Assembly: GCF_009914755.1 (NCBI RefSeq)
Contig: NC_060932.1
Direction: 5' to 3' (one strand)
Source: the human T2T-CHM13v2.0 reference genome, Homo sapiens
DNA length: 64,000 nt
In this document: piece after piece, positions 13,427-28,412 of the stretch
Numbering within the stretch: position 1 is the stretch's first letter
Layout of the letters: every line of letters begins with the position of its first letter
Position numbers and translations under genes: made by a program
The notes under the pieces: model-generated
What the model saw: only the letters and a program-made list of their open reading frames with translations
Database searches by the model: none
Told to the model about the DNA's origin: nothing

Positions 13427-14801
13427 GACACTAAGCAATATTCAAAGACAAATCGTTGACTTTCCTTCAACAACCCTGAATTTAAAACTTTTGCTTTAGG
13501 TAAGAAATATTGTTTGAGTTTTGAAGATTACCAACACATTTTCCAGCTATCTAAATGACAGGCATCATAAAGTTAGGAGCTAGGTGTTGTCTTGTTAATT
13601 GCTCTATTTCCTGAATATTGCCCAGTATCTGGAATGAAGTGAAACTGCATAATTACCTGCTAAATGAACATAGGTACTGGGACCTACCTTGTGGAGAGTA
13701 CTCTTGAAAATACTGTAAGTTAACTCTCCAGCATAGCCGTCATTTTAAAAATTAAAAATCACTTGGACTTTCTGTGTGATTTGATCCCATCGTTTTATAT
13801 TTTATATATTTTAAAAGATGTAGTAAAGAAGGTAAAATAATGCATAGAACCTCAATTATAAGAGTGCTTGGGCAATCAAAGGAAACTCATGCTACTGTAT
13901 AGGTATTAAATATAAAACACACCAAGAAATATGCATTAATTATCCAATATCTTGCAGAACACTTTATTACTTTTTAGTGCCTTTTTGGTTCCTCTCATCA
14001 TATTATTGAGAGAAAGCATTTTCTTGGAATTTAAAATGCTTGAGGGCAGGGACTTTATCTCATTCGCTTTAGGTACATGATAACTGCACAGGCCTTGACT
14101 TATAGGCGAAGTCAATAGAGTTCATTGAACAAACATTTGAAATCATTTCAGTGATTTTTGTGAAATTTACTTATAAATACTATTTGCTTGTCCTGAAGCA
14201 TTACTTTCCCCAGTATGGGTTTTAGAACATTTTCTAGCTCTTAAATTATACATTTTCATTTGATAAAATAAAAAATAATACCATAGAAACTTTGTTGAAT
14301 TCTATAGAATCCTACAGTTTACTTCAGCTTAATGTAGTAAAGACTCAAAAACATCTCTGCAATCAAACATAAAATTGACTTAAAGTGTTCTCTAATTTCG
14401 TATCTCTACAAATCTTCCAAATGCCATTAAGTACACTCTATTGAAGAATAATACCCATTCATTATCCTGACCATAAGCAGAGCTCTTCAAGGCTTATGTT
14501 GTGATAATAGACTTGCTGATGTGCATTTATTTATTTTTTATTCACCCAAAGATGTAAAAGGGAAACTTAGAATTTTATGTAATAACTTAGCTGTTCCTGA
14601 ACTGAGTATAGGTATAGGAAAACCCATTATTCCTTTCAAATCAACGTGACAAATCCAACACAATCACACCTGGCTGAAAACATTTTTCTCCAAAGTCTGT
14701 CTGTTTCTTGGAATAAAAAGGAAAAGTAATTTTTACAAAGCTAAGTCACTTAATAACAAGCCATCCAAAGCAAGAAAGTTTTAGATTAGCCTCTCTGGAA
14801 A

Positions 14802-15094
14802 TTATTTTATTTACTTATTTATTTTAGACAGAGTCTCACCCTGTTGCCCAGGCTGGAGAGTAGTGGTGCGATCTTGGCTCACTGCAATCTCCGCCTCTTG
14901 GGCTTGATTCTTCTGCTTCAGCCTCCCGAGTAGCTGAGATTACAGGCACATGCCACCACACCCAGCTAATTTTTTTTTTTTTTGTATTTTTAATAGAGAT
15001 GAGATTTCACCATGTTGGCCAGGCTGGTCTTGAACTCCTGACCTCATGTGATCCACCTGTCTCCACCTCCCAAAGTGCTGGGATTACAGGCGCA
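14802..15094 (-). mobile_element. Alu (AluS), slightly 5'-truncated
   Basis: Antisense dimer that stops at ggattacaggcg, before the usual Alu 5' end. Confidence 0.93.
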
Positions 15095-16899
15095 AGATTT
15101 TATTTTTGAAGAGCACAGTCTCACAATGTCTCACATGTCGGTTAGCACTTAGCTGCAATATTAAAAGTTTCCCTTGATTATCTCCAATATTTATATTTGG
15201 AGTTGAGATATATTTAAATTTTTGACAGAATTTTAGCAGACACAGGCTATATATAAATCACTACATGTTGATGGAGAATGATCATTACATGAAAATTATT
15301 TTTAACATAATAACGTGAGAGTTAGTTCAGGCATACAATCTTTGAAAAAAGATTGGAGTCGACGTTTTATGTATAACAAACATCAACATATATATTTTTA
15401 AAATTCTGTATATAATAGCAGGAATATGCAGTTGGAAGGCATGTACAAATAATGGTTAGACTCAGAGACCTAAGAGTAAGACAGATGTCGAAGGATAACA
15501 TCTTTGGTCTTTGCTCTGCAATCCACAATATCTGACTAGAAGGTGATTTTTTGAGCCTCAAATCTTTGTCAGGAAAATATGGGATGATAAAATACAGTAT
15601 TGAGCTGTCTCCCAATGATGATGTATGCTATTAAGCATTATAACTATGTTGCAACTGTATCAACTTTCACACAAAAAAACTATGATGGTTTATGTTGATA
15701 TACTGGGGTTTAAAGAGAGAGACAAAGAATTATTCGACAATAGATTCAAGTCCAAATTTTATATATGTTAGTCTGTGAGAAAATGGATGTTTTTTTCTAG
15801 AGCTCTACTAGAAGGCATTCACATACAGCAGGCTGGGGAAAGAGGCTTCTCCCCAAAATCTGCAATAAACATTTATCTACCAAGAAGGGCTAGGTCCCCA
15901 TAAAAAAGATAATCAATGTGACCTAGTGGCTCCAGCAAATTAAGAGGGAACCAAGGTCCTACTGTTTTTAATTCACCACGGTGACTTTTCTTTCCAAAGT
16001 TATAAAAATACCAGAAAAAAAGTCTCCAAGGATAATTAATTTCAACTTACGCTTATTAAAGAGAATATCTGCTGTATATCATTTGAAGAGAGACTGTAGA
16101 TTATTGAGTTAAAAGCATTGGCAATAAGAAAAGAAAAAGAATAATTGCACACACAGCAAGTATTCCTTTTACTTCCTGGCTGTAAGCGGCCTTATTGAAT
16201 GTGGGCTACTTTGCTTTAACCTTCTAAGTATGTATTCATTAATCTGATAGCCACTAAAAACAGAAGTCAAGTTATGTCAGGGCTGAAAGCAAAAGGCCAA
16301 ATCACTTATTTTTCAGATGAAGGAAGTGAAGCCCAGGAAGGTCCCAAAACTGGAATACAGTGGAGTTTGGACTAGAAACCCCATCCTGTAGGCTCCAGGT
16401 ACAAGTATTGCATCCGAACAAAACAGGTGTTACTCTGAAGTGAGGTAACGGTAATTCAAGAAGTAGGCAAAGGGCTATTACCATTGTGAGCTCTTCAGGG
16501 TTTCATCTGATGTGCTGAGACATTGAAGACACGGCCAAGTGTTTCCATAATAACCACTATGACCAGCTGTGGAGGAGTCATGAATAGTGTATGCATTTTT
16601 TTGCAATAATAGAAAAAAAACCCAGCAGATACTACTTATGAAACTCAGCACTCTAAGATAAACCAATTAGAGGATTAAATAGTATTTCCTGTGTTGCTCA
16701 CATTGGCCATATGTGATAAAACATAATTTTATTTACTATGAGAAAATCTGCTTGAAAAAGAAATAGGTGTACAACAGACACTCAACCCTTTCTGGTTTGG
16801 ACTGGAGCTTTTGTTTACTTGCAGGTAATAATTTCTTAAGCATAAGTGTCAATAATTGGTTGACACATGTTCTCACCTATTACTGGGATAAACATTGGA

Positions 16900-17057
16900 T
16901 AAATATGGACATAAGGGAAGAACAGACACTGGAGAATCCTAGAGGGAGCAGAGAGACAAGGGCTGAAAAACCATCTATTGGACCCTAACTCACTGCCTGG
17001 GTGACAAGAGTATCCATACCCCAAACCTCTGAGTTAAGCAATACACCTGCGTAACAA
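16900..17057 (+). mobile_element. L1 (L1PB/L1MA-like) 3' UTR fragment
   Basis: atggacataaggga..aacagacactggag..ggctgaaaaaccatctattg..ctcactgcctgggtgac..ccaaacctc..gtaacaa. Confidence 0.65.
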
Positions 17058-19335
17058 GTAATAATTTATTTACAAATGTATGGAGTAGCTACCTCAGAAG
17101 TTGCAGCTGTTCCTTCTCTCAGTTTCTTTCAATACATCTTAACATAATTATCTTATCTATTTACATACTACATTAAATTAATGAAGGCATTTTAATGAAA
17201 TATAAAGAAAGTTTGTTCTTAAATACAATTTTGACAAAAAATACAAAAACTGACTTCACAATGCTCCTATAATATTACGTTGTTTTTTATCCTTACCTCT
17301 GTGGCATGCCTAGCATTCAATACTTACAAAATTATTGGGACTGATTTGTTGTTAGTATGTCCAAAATAATGCAACAATTTATAAACAGCTTAAAGACAAG
17401 CACATTGTGTGCTAAACTCATTTGCTATGACCCTCGTCCACCCTAAATAGGATGAGAAGGTATTTTACTCCAGCATTTTTATTTGTTTTAATACACCCCA
17501 TGCCATGTCCAGCATGTCCTTGCTGGAAATGAGCTTCACTTTCATGGCAAATGTGATATGGTAGGTATATGACACATCACTTCCTCTCACTGATATTTTT
17601 ATTAAATATTCATTTAAGTAAGTGCCACTTTGGGGCAACTGTGCTTAAAGAAATATAGAGGGACATTGCCGGTCAGCTATAAACATAAAAAAAAATCCTC
17701 CAGAGCATCAAGTGTGTTCTGAAGCAGTGGAATGAGGGCAGATGCTGTTGTCTTTCTCTCCTAATAGAGCAATTTGTCAGATGTCTCCCATGTGTACTCG
17801 AACTGACCATATTATGTGTTGGCAAAATGCTCATTTTTATACAGCTTTTAGTATCAACAGTTATATTGGCGTTTCTCTCAAGATGGAGCACATTTATATC
17901 AACAGCTGGCCTTAAAATGTTCCTATAGTAATGATCATTTGTTTTGAACTTTTCCTTGTTAACTATTTTCTGTTTATATTAATTTATATTTAATTGAATA
18001 CATATTCCCTTCAATAAAAGCCAAGTGACAGCAAAACTCTTTCTGCAAAGGTAAGACTGAACTTAACATTCTTCCTGAAATAAGGCAAGAAGGGTTATAC
18101 GCCCTTCTAACCTTGATTGAAAACGCAGCAGCACTTACCCCAGGCCCACTGAGCAGCTCTCCCCATGGCACAAGTTGAAAGGATTTCAGGCTGGAGGAGA
18201 CTGTTGTGTGTGAGGGGTGGGTGCATGTCCACGGACTCATGCACATTGGGAAAGAAGGTCTCATCTCTTCTGGGCTTTCTTCACATTGGCATGAAAACGT
18301 AAATTCACAGAGCTCCCTTTGAGAGGGAACACAGCGCACAGTGGCTGGCTCCAGCCCGCCTTTGGGTGAATCTCACTGAAATCACTCTCCTGAACACGCA
18401 CCCACCCACAGCTGCTGCCTTACCCCACGTGCAGACCCAGATGCCTCACTAGTTGACATAATTGTTAAGTGAGCGCCTCCTAAGGAGGTCCCATTTGAAA
18501 ACTAAGTCACTAAGCTACAAATTAGGTTGCAGGCAGGTTCACCTGCTAGAGATGAATGCATTGAAAGTGAAAGACATTTGGCATACTGCAGCGCTTTTAC
18601 TGAATAAATATAGGGCTGGCCTGATAGGAATTGACTAAGCACAGTGGAAGAAGACCCATCATCAATACTTAATCAACTCATTCATTCACACATTCGAAGG
18701 TGTCCAATACCCAAGACCTCACAAGCTATTTGTTGCTGAGGGTCCTGCACAGGTGCTGTATTTACGAGGTTTCCCTGTTGATGTGTGCTTGGCCACAATC
18801 GATGTGAGAGAGATACACATTCACTTTTACAGCCAGACTCAGCATACCTGACTTTGAGAAGTGTGTATCTCGATCATGGCCACGTGAGTTCTGGGTAGCC
18901 TATTCCAAAGGTCTCAGTCACGTGGCCCTGGAAGAAACATCTAATTTTCATGTCATAATTTGGGATTTATTTTTATATTATAACTTGGGATCTCACAGAT
19001 AGAGACCCAACCTTTTAAGATATAATTGCAGGTGTTCAAAGGGGGGACAGGCAGGTGGAGGTATAGCAGCTTTTTCAACTCAAGGGTCCCTCTAATTTGA
19101 GTCAGGACACTCTAATCTTGGAATCTAAAGCCAGAAGGAAAAAGCCAGATCACACTGACTGCCTTAACATTATTAAGCCCTCTATGTTTAGTTTGGGTGG
19201 AGGGTATGTTTAAGTCAAAGAATTGGGCCCTACTTATGTTAAAGATGTTAATAAACCCAGCATCTTTGATTTCACTAACCGCTCCTCACCTTGAAAAAGC
19301 TAACAGATTTACTATATTGCCAAGTAAATAAATTA

Positions 19336-19825
<490 letters not shown>

Positions 19826-20029
19826 TCATCGTTCTTTTCATAGTCACTTCAAATTTCCAGGCCTTCCTGGTGTTAAATGATGTTAAAACACGTCTTTTCT
19901 ACCTGACTCTACTGAGTCTCTAATTGTATTCAACCTAAATTTCATGTACAAGTTCAAATGATGAACTAGGAGGACACATCTCATAGAACTGAGAGTCTAA
20001 TTTTTTTTTAGTTGCTGTAATAAAATAGC

Positions 20030-20225
20030 TGCTCACATTTATTTAAGCTTAGTAAGAGCCATGCGTGGTTCTATGCTTTTTACATGTGTTTCTTCTTGTA
20101 ATCCTTATGATATTGAGCACAGTTGACATTCCCTTTGTAAAGACAAAGAAACCAAGTGTCAAGAAGTTTAATATTTTCCACGGCCACACTATGAGGAGGA
20201 GAGACGGAACTCGAGCTTACTTAGC
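20030..20225 (-). mobile_element. MIR
   Basis: ctatgctttttacatgtg..aatccttatga..ccctttgtaaagacaaagaaaccaag..aagaagtttaa..ggccacac. Confidence 0.6.
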
Positions 20226-20541
20226 CGTATAGCAGATGCCGTCAAAGGTACCTTTAGAACACTTGAGTGTGTGAAAGCTAAGGGAAATTATTTCTATCAT
20301 AAGATACTCACTGTCTACCTAAAGAAGGAGCTAGTTTTCACTTTTTTGAAATCATTTTTTCCTTCAATGTATTTAAATCATTAAGAAATCTAAAAATGCA
20401 ATTGTCTAATTGTTCTAATTGGAGCAGTCCTCACAAAATATGTTGGTGTGGTGAAAATGTGTTTAGTTCTTCAGAATTAAATATTCTGTAGTGACAAATA
20501 TACAGATCAAATCATATTGATATAAAACATATTAACTAGTT

Positions 20542-20842
20542 GGCCACGCGTGGTGGCTCACGCCTGTAATCCCAGCACTTTGGGAGGCTGAAGCGGGTGG
20601 ATCACTAGGTCAGCAGATCTAGATCATCCTGGCTAACACATTGAAACCCCATCTCTACTAAAAATACAAAAAAATTAGCCAGGCGTGAAGGTGGGCGCCA
20701 GTAGTCCCAGCTACTGGGGAGGCTGAGGCAGGAGAATGGTGTGAACCTGGGAGGCGCAGCTTGCAGTGAGCCAAGATAGTGCACTGCACTCCAGCCTGGG
20801 CGACAGAGTGAGACTCCATCCCAAAAAATAAATAAATAAATA
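20542..20842 (+). mobile_element. AluY-like
   Basis: AluY-type segments (atcctggctaaca, ggagaatggtgtgaacc, gcttgcagtgag); TSD attaactagtt / attaaatagtt. Confidence 0.92.
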
Positions 20843-21406
20843 AATTAAATAGTTAACACAATGTTATCACAACCATGCATTTTTTACCTCAAATAAATTA
20901 TCGTTACTTCCTATACAAAGCAATAAAACCCTGTAACACGCACACACAGAGAGTTCTGTGTCACCAGTGACAGCTCTCAGCCATCTCCTGAGCTTCGAGG
21001 TTGGATACTGTGCTTATCCAGCTGCCTGGGTAATCTTAAGTTTAAGCCCAGAACTTTCCTAGCATGCTGCTCTTCCCAGAGTGTAGCCACAAGGGCTGTG
21101 TGCCTATTACATTAGGAGAGAATCAGTGCCTCAGTTGCACTTAGAGCCCCAGCAAGGAGCAATAGAGGCGGAGTGAGATGGAGAGGCAGGTCTGGTCTTG
21201 TGTGTGTGGGAAGGAAGGAGTTTGTCAGGCGAGGAGGCTTTCAAGAGGCCTGTGGGCCTCCTGGGAGAAACACTGTAAAATGAAAAGAGAATTCCTTAGA
21301 CTGAGCTCTGCCTTTTGGGTGAGATATTGAAATCCTCTGGACAAAAATAAATAAGAGACTTGAATTTGTGAACTGGAAGGTCACTTTGAATTCAAAAATC
21401 TTATCT

Positions 21407-21701
21407 AGCCAGGCATGGTGGCTCACGCCTGTAATCCTAGCACTTTGGGAGGCCAAAGTTGGTGGATCACTTGAGATCAGGAGTCCAAGACCAGCGTGGA
21501 CAACAGGACAAGACCCTGTCTCTGCAAAAAGCTACACCAAGTGAGCTGAGTGTGGTGGCATCGGTCTGTAGTCCCAGCTACTTGGGGGCTGACACGGGAG
21601 GATCTCTTGATCCCAGGAAGTTGAGGCTGCAGTGAGCGAAGATCGCACCACTGCACTCCAGCCTGGGTGACAAAGTGAGACTGTCTCGAAAAAAAAAAAA
21701 A
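21407..21701 (+). mobile_element. Alu (AluJ-like)
   Basis: Dimer with J-type right arm (gaggctgcagtgag) and A-tail. Confidence 0.92.
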
Positions 21702-22456
21702 CTTATTATCTATCTGTACTTTGCCCAGCAACATGGACTAGTATGAGCAACTTGTCCTTTTCTTCAATTTTTTTAAATTTAACAATTATTATTTCACTTA
21801 GAGAAGGTTGACATAGTTAGAAGAAACCAAACAAGATTCAAGCGTGAACACCATGATGCGTGCATCTTTGCAGATATTTCCCATGTGTGTACAAGTAGCC
21901 TGCCTTTTCTGTACCTGAAAATGGGATCAAAATATAGATATTATTTGAAACGTTCAACTGAACGCTTTACCATGGAAACACATTCATGAAGGCAGTACAG
22001 TGTGTCATACAACAATCTATTTGGCCATTTTAGGATGGTAAACATTTAAGCTCTGTCCAACTTTTCAGTATGAGAGAGGGGGCTACAGTGAAGAAGCCCC
22101 TACTGGAGCAGGATGTATTAACTCTCTAGATTGAAACATCTGATAATTTAGAATTTGACTGATAGGACCGAATTATCCCCTCCCCTCATTTTTCTAGATA
22201 TCCAACAAGAGTATAAGGGAGTGTCCTCTCTGTGCACAACCAAAACCTGATATCATCAATTAGAGTTTCACAAATGCACTGGGGAAAATGACAATGTTTA
22301 ATGCACTGCTTTCAATCAATTATACACTTGGGAATCTTTTCCTACATTTATTATTTATGTTTGTTCTTCCTATAAAATACCTATTTGTACTTAATGGTTG
22401 CTAAGCTCTTTGCTGACTGTGAGATGATCTTTTTATATTACTTTTCTAGAAGAGTG

Positions 22457-23067
22457 TGTGGTGAACAGACTCTTAGGGGGCCATGCGGCACCCCCACCTG
22501 CTGATGTCCGTGCCCTAGGGATCCTTTTCTCCTTGAGAGTGGGCAGGACCCGTGGCTTCCTTTCAACCAACACAGCAAACTGACAGTGATAGGCTACATG
22601 TGATTATGTGTACAGGATTATGTGATTACATATGGAATTGTAGCACTCAACTGTGGAGTCTCCCTCTCACCCTCTCTCTCTCCCCCAACCCCACTCCTAA
22701 CCTGGTTTGAGCCATGCTAGGAAGTCCCAGGTGACAACCGTGTGTGGCCCCCAGGAACTGATGGTAAACTCTGGCCAAAAGCCAGCAAAAAACTTAATGC
22801 CTCATTCCTACAACTGCAAGGAACTGAATTCTGCCAGCTGCCCAACTATCTTAGAAGTGGATTCTACCCCAGCTGAGCCTCAGGTGGCAATGAAGTCCCA
22901 GCCAACACTTGATGGCTGCTTTGTGAGACCTTAAGCAGAGACCCAGCTAAGCTGCCAAGCCATGCACAGACCCCTGACCCACGGAAACTATCAGATAATG
23001 CATGTGTGCTGTTTGAAGCTGTTGCGTTTGCAATAATAATGTTACAACACAGTAGTTAGCTAATGCA
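22457..23067 (+). mobile_element. MLT1 (MLT1E/F-like) MaLR LTR
   Basis: tgtggtgaacagactct start; ccttgagagtgggcaggacc; caactgcaaggaactgaattctgcca; gacccacggaaact; ends ctaatgca. Confidence 0.8.
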
Positions 23068-24311
23068 AAAAGTATTCAAATGGGAGATTGCTCCCCCAAT
23101 CTGTCCTTCTATGTAGCTCTGTTTTCTAGCTCTTGAGTTGTTCCTGGTGGCATCTGGTCCTGCGGAGAGGATAAACCTGGGTAACAGAGAATGCTATAAA
23201 ATTATCTTGCTACAAATACTGTTGGCTTTCTGTCTCTCTCCCTCATTTGGAGACAAAGAACGAGTATTGTCATTAAAGGCATTAAAAAGTGGCTCAAATC
23301 TCTTCTTCTGATTTTGAAGCTACAGTAAATGACACCACATCTTTAACTTAGGTACTTCTTTCTTTCTCATAGGTTCTATTCTTAAAATATAAAAGGTAAG
23401 AAGAAATGATAGTCACTTCAACTTGTCATATAACACTTTACAGTATTTTTATATGGACTCTTTTTAAAAGACCTATCATTGTCCATCCATCATAAAAACT
23501 GAAAGAAAAACACATTTGCTGGGAGATATAAATCATACCCCAAAGTTCGGCTTGGCTATACTTTTTATACTTTCAGTTCCGTAGACGCCTCAGCTTTTCA
23601 ACACCCTGACGACATGCCCCTTCCGTGTCTCTTGTTGCCAGCAAAGAATGCAGGAAAGGTAATTTTGTAACTGCAGTTGTAAAAGAAAGAGACTGATTAG
23701 CTCTTCTTTGTTCCATAATCCTCTAATGTAATTCTTTAAAATTAAAAAGCGGAGAGATAAAATAGTCATGAAGATCAAAATGACAATTGAAGGCTGGCAT
23801 ATCTGCTGAACAAGCTCTAATATTAAATTATTGTCACCAGAAGAAAAAAATGCAAACATCTCAGATAACTTACTCAGTATACAAAGAAAAACAGTCAAGA
23901 AACAGAAACACAATTGAATCAAATAAGCATAGCAAAATAATATCTTGAATATAGGGTTTCAAAGCTAATTATTTTGACAAGTTCTAGTCTCAGTACATGA
24001 GTCAATAAGCAGGCACAGTGACTGGAAGAAATCTTTACCAACACCTTCCCTAGGTCAACTCTTCAACGAGTGTTTTCACAAAATGTTGATGACAAATTAA
24101 TTTGAACTCACTAAAAATAATGGCTGGAATCAAGTATATTACATAGACTGAGAACATTTATTTATTTATTAAAGAAACAGTGAATGTGTAAGAAACCAGA
24201 ATGATGCTTGGATACTTGCAAGAGTGCCCTTCAGTTCTCCAGGACTTTAAGATTTATGAAGTCCAAACAATGTAAACAAATGAATGAAAAATCAGCAAGC
24301 AAGAATAACAC

Positions 24312-24505
24312 TTTTTGTTTTTTGAAATGGAATTTCACTCCTGTCGCCCAGGCTGGAAGGCAGTGGTGCAATCTCGACTGACTGCAACCTCTGTCTCTAG
24401 GGTTCAAGCGATTCTCCTGCCTCAACCTCCCATGTAGCTTGGATTACGGGTGCCAGCCACCACACCCAGCTAATTTTTTTTTTCGTATTTTTGGTAGAGA
24501 TGGGG
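24312..24505 (-). mobile_element. 5'-truncated Alu (right arm plus part of left arm)
   Basis: Antisense; TSD aagaataacac / aagaacaacat. Confidence 0.9.
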
Positions 24506-25798
24506 AAGAACAACATTTTTTAAAGGACCCTAAACCTACAGTTTCCTACATCATGACTAATAATTTTTAAACATAGTAACTGACAAAAAAATTAGATCAA
24601 GGAGAGATTGGGTGATCAACATATGATAGAGAGAACTAGAAGTGGACTCAAAGATGGGTGGGCTTGAGATACATGGAAACAAAGCTCAAAGTTATGGTCG
24701 ATGAGGTGGAATAGAAAACTCCTCAATGGCGAGAAAACTGAAGGTATAGTTAGGGTGTACCTGGCCTGGCTGAATTGGAAGTCACAAGGGCAGATTTGAA
24801 AAGACTGATTATGGAGGACTTTGAAAGTCAGTTTGGGAGAGAGATGCTGTACCCTACAGAGAAAAGCATGTACAGTACTTAAGAAAACAAGATACATGGC
24901 CAGTAAATCAAAAACTGCTTTTCTTTCCACACTCAGTGTCCTGTTGGTATTACATCCTGGAGGTCATTAGAAAAACTCCAGAACAGCAAGAGTAACCATC
25001 ACAGGACTTGAAGGGAAAATGTTTAAAAATGTCTAATGTTCTAGCTTCCAATAAGTAGATGATGTTCAAACAAACATATGACCCCTTGGCTGCATGAGAG
25101 TAGAAAGGAGCAAGGCCTAACATAAGTTGCATATAAATCTGCATATTTCAGGGACTAGTCCCATGACAGTAGTGTACGCTTCCGATCCGACCTTCAGCTT
25201 TAAAGAGCAATGAATCAATGTCTGAGAAGGGTGGCCCTGAGCATCAGTGTTTATAGGACCATTTACCTGCTTGACATTTCAACTGGCCCTCACTGAGCTA
25301 ATGAAAAACACAAAGTTTTCTTGTCTGTTCTCCGGCTGCTTCTCCTCAACATCCTCATCTTCAGTTCATGATGTTGTTCCTGTTCCCTTCCTCCTCCATT
25401 ATTTGACATAGATTAGGGTAGTCATAGCCTTTTGTAAAGGGGAATGAACTTGCCAGATAGATGGAGAGAACAAACCACTTGACTGGGCACAAAGCACAAC
25501 CACTTCTATGTGGGTAGAAGATCCTGCAGCAAGGAGGATGAACAGCAGAAGGAAAAACCCCCAGATTCTTGCCAGAACAGAAACCCATACTTAGTGTCCT
25601 TGGGCTGACCTGTTCTAACTGGAATAGTAAAAAACACACCCCTGGGTGGAGATCTAAGATGCTAGTGAGCCATGTGATATATGTGCTAGCATGCAGAGCA
25701 GTGGCACATATGCATCCGGAAGACCACTGGCAAAGTCAAAATGGAAACTCCTAGAAAGCACTCAGAGATTCATCCTCTTTGTTAAAAATGTGATGTAG

Positions 25799-26177
25799 CC
25801 ATGGAATACCATGCAGCCATAAAAAAGAACAAGATCATGTCCTTTGCAGGGACATGGGTGGAGCTGGAGGCCATTATCCTTATCAAACTAATCTAGGAAC
25901 AGAAAATCAAATACCACTGTTCTCACTTATAAGTGGGAGCAAAATGATGAGAACACATGGACACATAGAAGGGAACAACACACACCGGGGCCTGTCAGAG
26001 GGTGGTGGGTGGGAGGAGGGAGAGGATTAGGAAAAGTAACTAATGGATACTAGGCTTACTACCTTGGTAATGATATAATCGGTACAACAACCCCCCATGA
26101 CACACATTTACCTATGTAACAAAACTTCATATCCTGCACATCTGCCCTGGAACTTAAAATAAAAGTTTTTTTTAAAA
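25799..26177 (+). mobile_element. L1PA (older primate, about PA13-16) 3' end, 5'-truncated
   Basis: ORF2 end and 3' UTR (ccatggaatac..gcagccataaaaaagaac..aacttaaaataaaag); TSD aaaaatgtgatgtag / aaaaatgtggtgtag. Confidence 0.92.
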
Positions 26178-27899
26178 AAAAATGTGGTGTAGGTGAATAA
26201 GAAGGGCCCATGCGTTACAGTTATACTGAACTGAGTGATTCTGTTTGGCACATGCCATAATTCTTTAGGTGAGCAAAATTATGAGTATAATCCTTTTCAA
26301 GAGTCAAGTCTTCCCAATTCTCTTCCTATCCCCAGTCATCATTGTTAAGGATCATATCAGACTAAAAATGTGTATATCTTCCCTAAATGACAGTAGTTCT
26401 ACCCAGATCACATTAATCAATAAAACTAATTCCACCTAACAGTAACAAGATGACTATTCTCACCTGAATTTCCCTTGATATTATTTATATTTTTTAAGTA
26501 TGGGGCATTACATTCAAAATCTGTATTGTTTCCATGTAAAATGGAGCATGGATGTTGAACAAGTGAACTGCAACCTCATGAATATAGCTGAAACCATAAG
26601 ACAAAAACAAAATACCCTCACAGATGGATTGGTCTTATGTTGTCCACAGGAATTCTATTTTATGAAGAAAGGGGAAAAGAGACACAACAAGAATTGCAAG
26701 ACATTTGGAGTGCGCAGAAATTGTCTGATGAATTGTTAGTTTCTTGTAAAAATGTGACTCTTCTTAGTTTGCCAAGGTCTCTCTTCTTTTTGTGAAGTGC
26801 CGATCATACTCTGCAATGCTCGACTATCCCAGCTGTATTATACATCAAAGTACACTACTTTCCTACCAAATAAAAGGGATAGTTTGAAATGTGGTGACTA
26901 AAATTGTTGATGGACTTTGAACATTCATAAGGCCCATCCTTTGAGATAAAAGTGAAGATAGACTCTAACTTCAGTGGAATCCACCATTTTCACAGGAAGT
27001 GAAAATTTACTCAGAGCGCCGCCAGGAAAGATTTTAGGAACCACAGTTATGTCACTAACTATCAAGGAGGTGTAATTTTATAGAAAAGGGAATGATGAGA
27101 GTCCCCGACATCCTTTACAGGAATATCAACTTCAGGTAGAAGAAAATTACTCATTTGTTAGAGATCAATGAAGACACTTTCTGTTAAAAAAGAAGAGGAG
27201 GAAAAAGTTTCTCTAAATAGAGGCATAGACATTCTTCAGTCATCTTGAAAATGACTGCCTGCAATTTATAATTAATTTCAAAGGTTTTTCATTCATCAGA
27301 GATCACTCTCCAAATAATTCAAATTTTAATCTAACATTTAGCCCTTTCTTATATAACACGAATGATATCAGAGTATACTAAACAGTAAAAGAAAAAAAAT
27401 AATTCACTCGAACAGTATTTTTATATGAAAGAGCATAATTATCCCCTGAAGTCTCCCCATAATATAAACATTATGGACAAGGAGCTTGAATCTCTGTTTT
27501 GTTGTAAAACTATTAAAAAAAAGAAGATTAGACAGCATTGAATGATGGATACCGATAATAGAGGCACTGATGATAAAGAAGAAATCTTCTGAATTAATTG
27601 CACAATTTCATAGTATAGTATATTCTTCATGAAATCAGTGTGAGCTAAATGGTCTGTGAAAGATTAGTGAAAACGTTATTAGATTTTGATCACTTTTATT
27701 GAAAGGAAGGTAGAGAGATGACAGATTGATAGACTCTACCTATCTATATTTAAAATATATAATACATAGATAATGTTTATATACAGATAAATGCATATAG
27801 TATACATCAGGTATTACACATATACAGATATATCCATTGCATTTTTACTATCTCAAAGTTAGAAGCCATATTTTACTACCTAGCACCCAATGTGGCATT

Positions 27900-28085
27900 C
27901 CCTAAGTGAGATTACGTGTATTCTCTGTATCAGAATTACCTGGGATGGGCGTGGGTAGAAAATAAATAGATTTCTACCTCCATCCAAAATCCACTTATTC
28001 AGAATCATTTGGAAAAGAAGCCATGGAATTTGCATTGAATCAAAATTGAAACAAGTAATTCTTAGGCACACAAAGTTTACATAGA
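27900..28085. mobile_element. MER5-family hAT-Charlie MITE
   Basis: tcagaattacctggg..aaatagatttct..ttcagaatc..ggaatttgcatt..gtaattcttaggcaca caaagttt. Confidence 0.55.
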
Positions 28086-28412
28086 GTGTTCAAAAACTGT
28101 GTGTCATGCCCACCCTGACTTTGACAGCTATAATGATAACGGTGACAGGCGTGTTCAGTACAGAAAGCAGAGGGTTGCTGCAACACTTTAGGAAAACGCT
28201 CAGTGCCTTGCAAAGTTGCTTTAATTCCATCCGGGTTCATGGTTTATAATTATCTGAATAATTCAGACAAAAAGTTGTAGTTATCTCTATCATATCCACA
28301 TCATATTAGTTTTTCTTGAATTTCATTGAGGTTGAAGCTCCCCAAAATATATCACGCCAAAAAGTAAAAAATAAAAAGCACTGGAATCTGACTGATATTT
28401 TATATAATATAA

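Noticed and set aside
21966-21979. Isolated RFX X-box-like TTTACCATGGAAAC (also AP-1/MARE-like TGAGTCAGC at 37284)
   Set aside because: Single short motifs with no supporting context; expected by chance.
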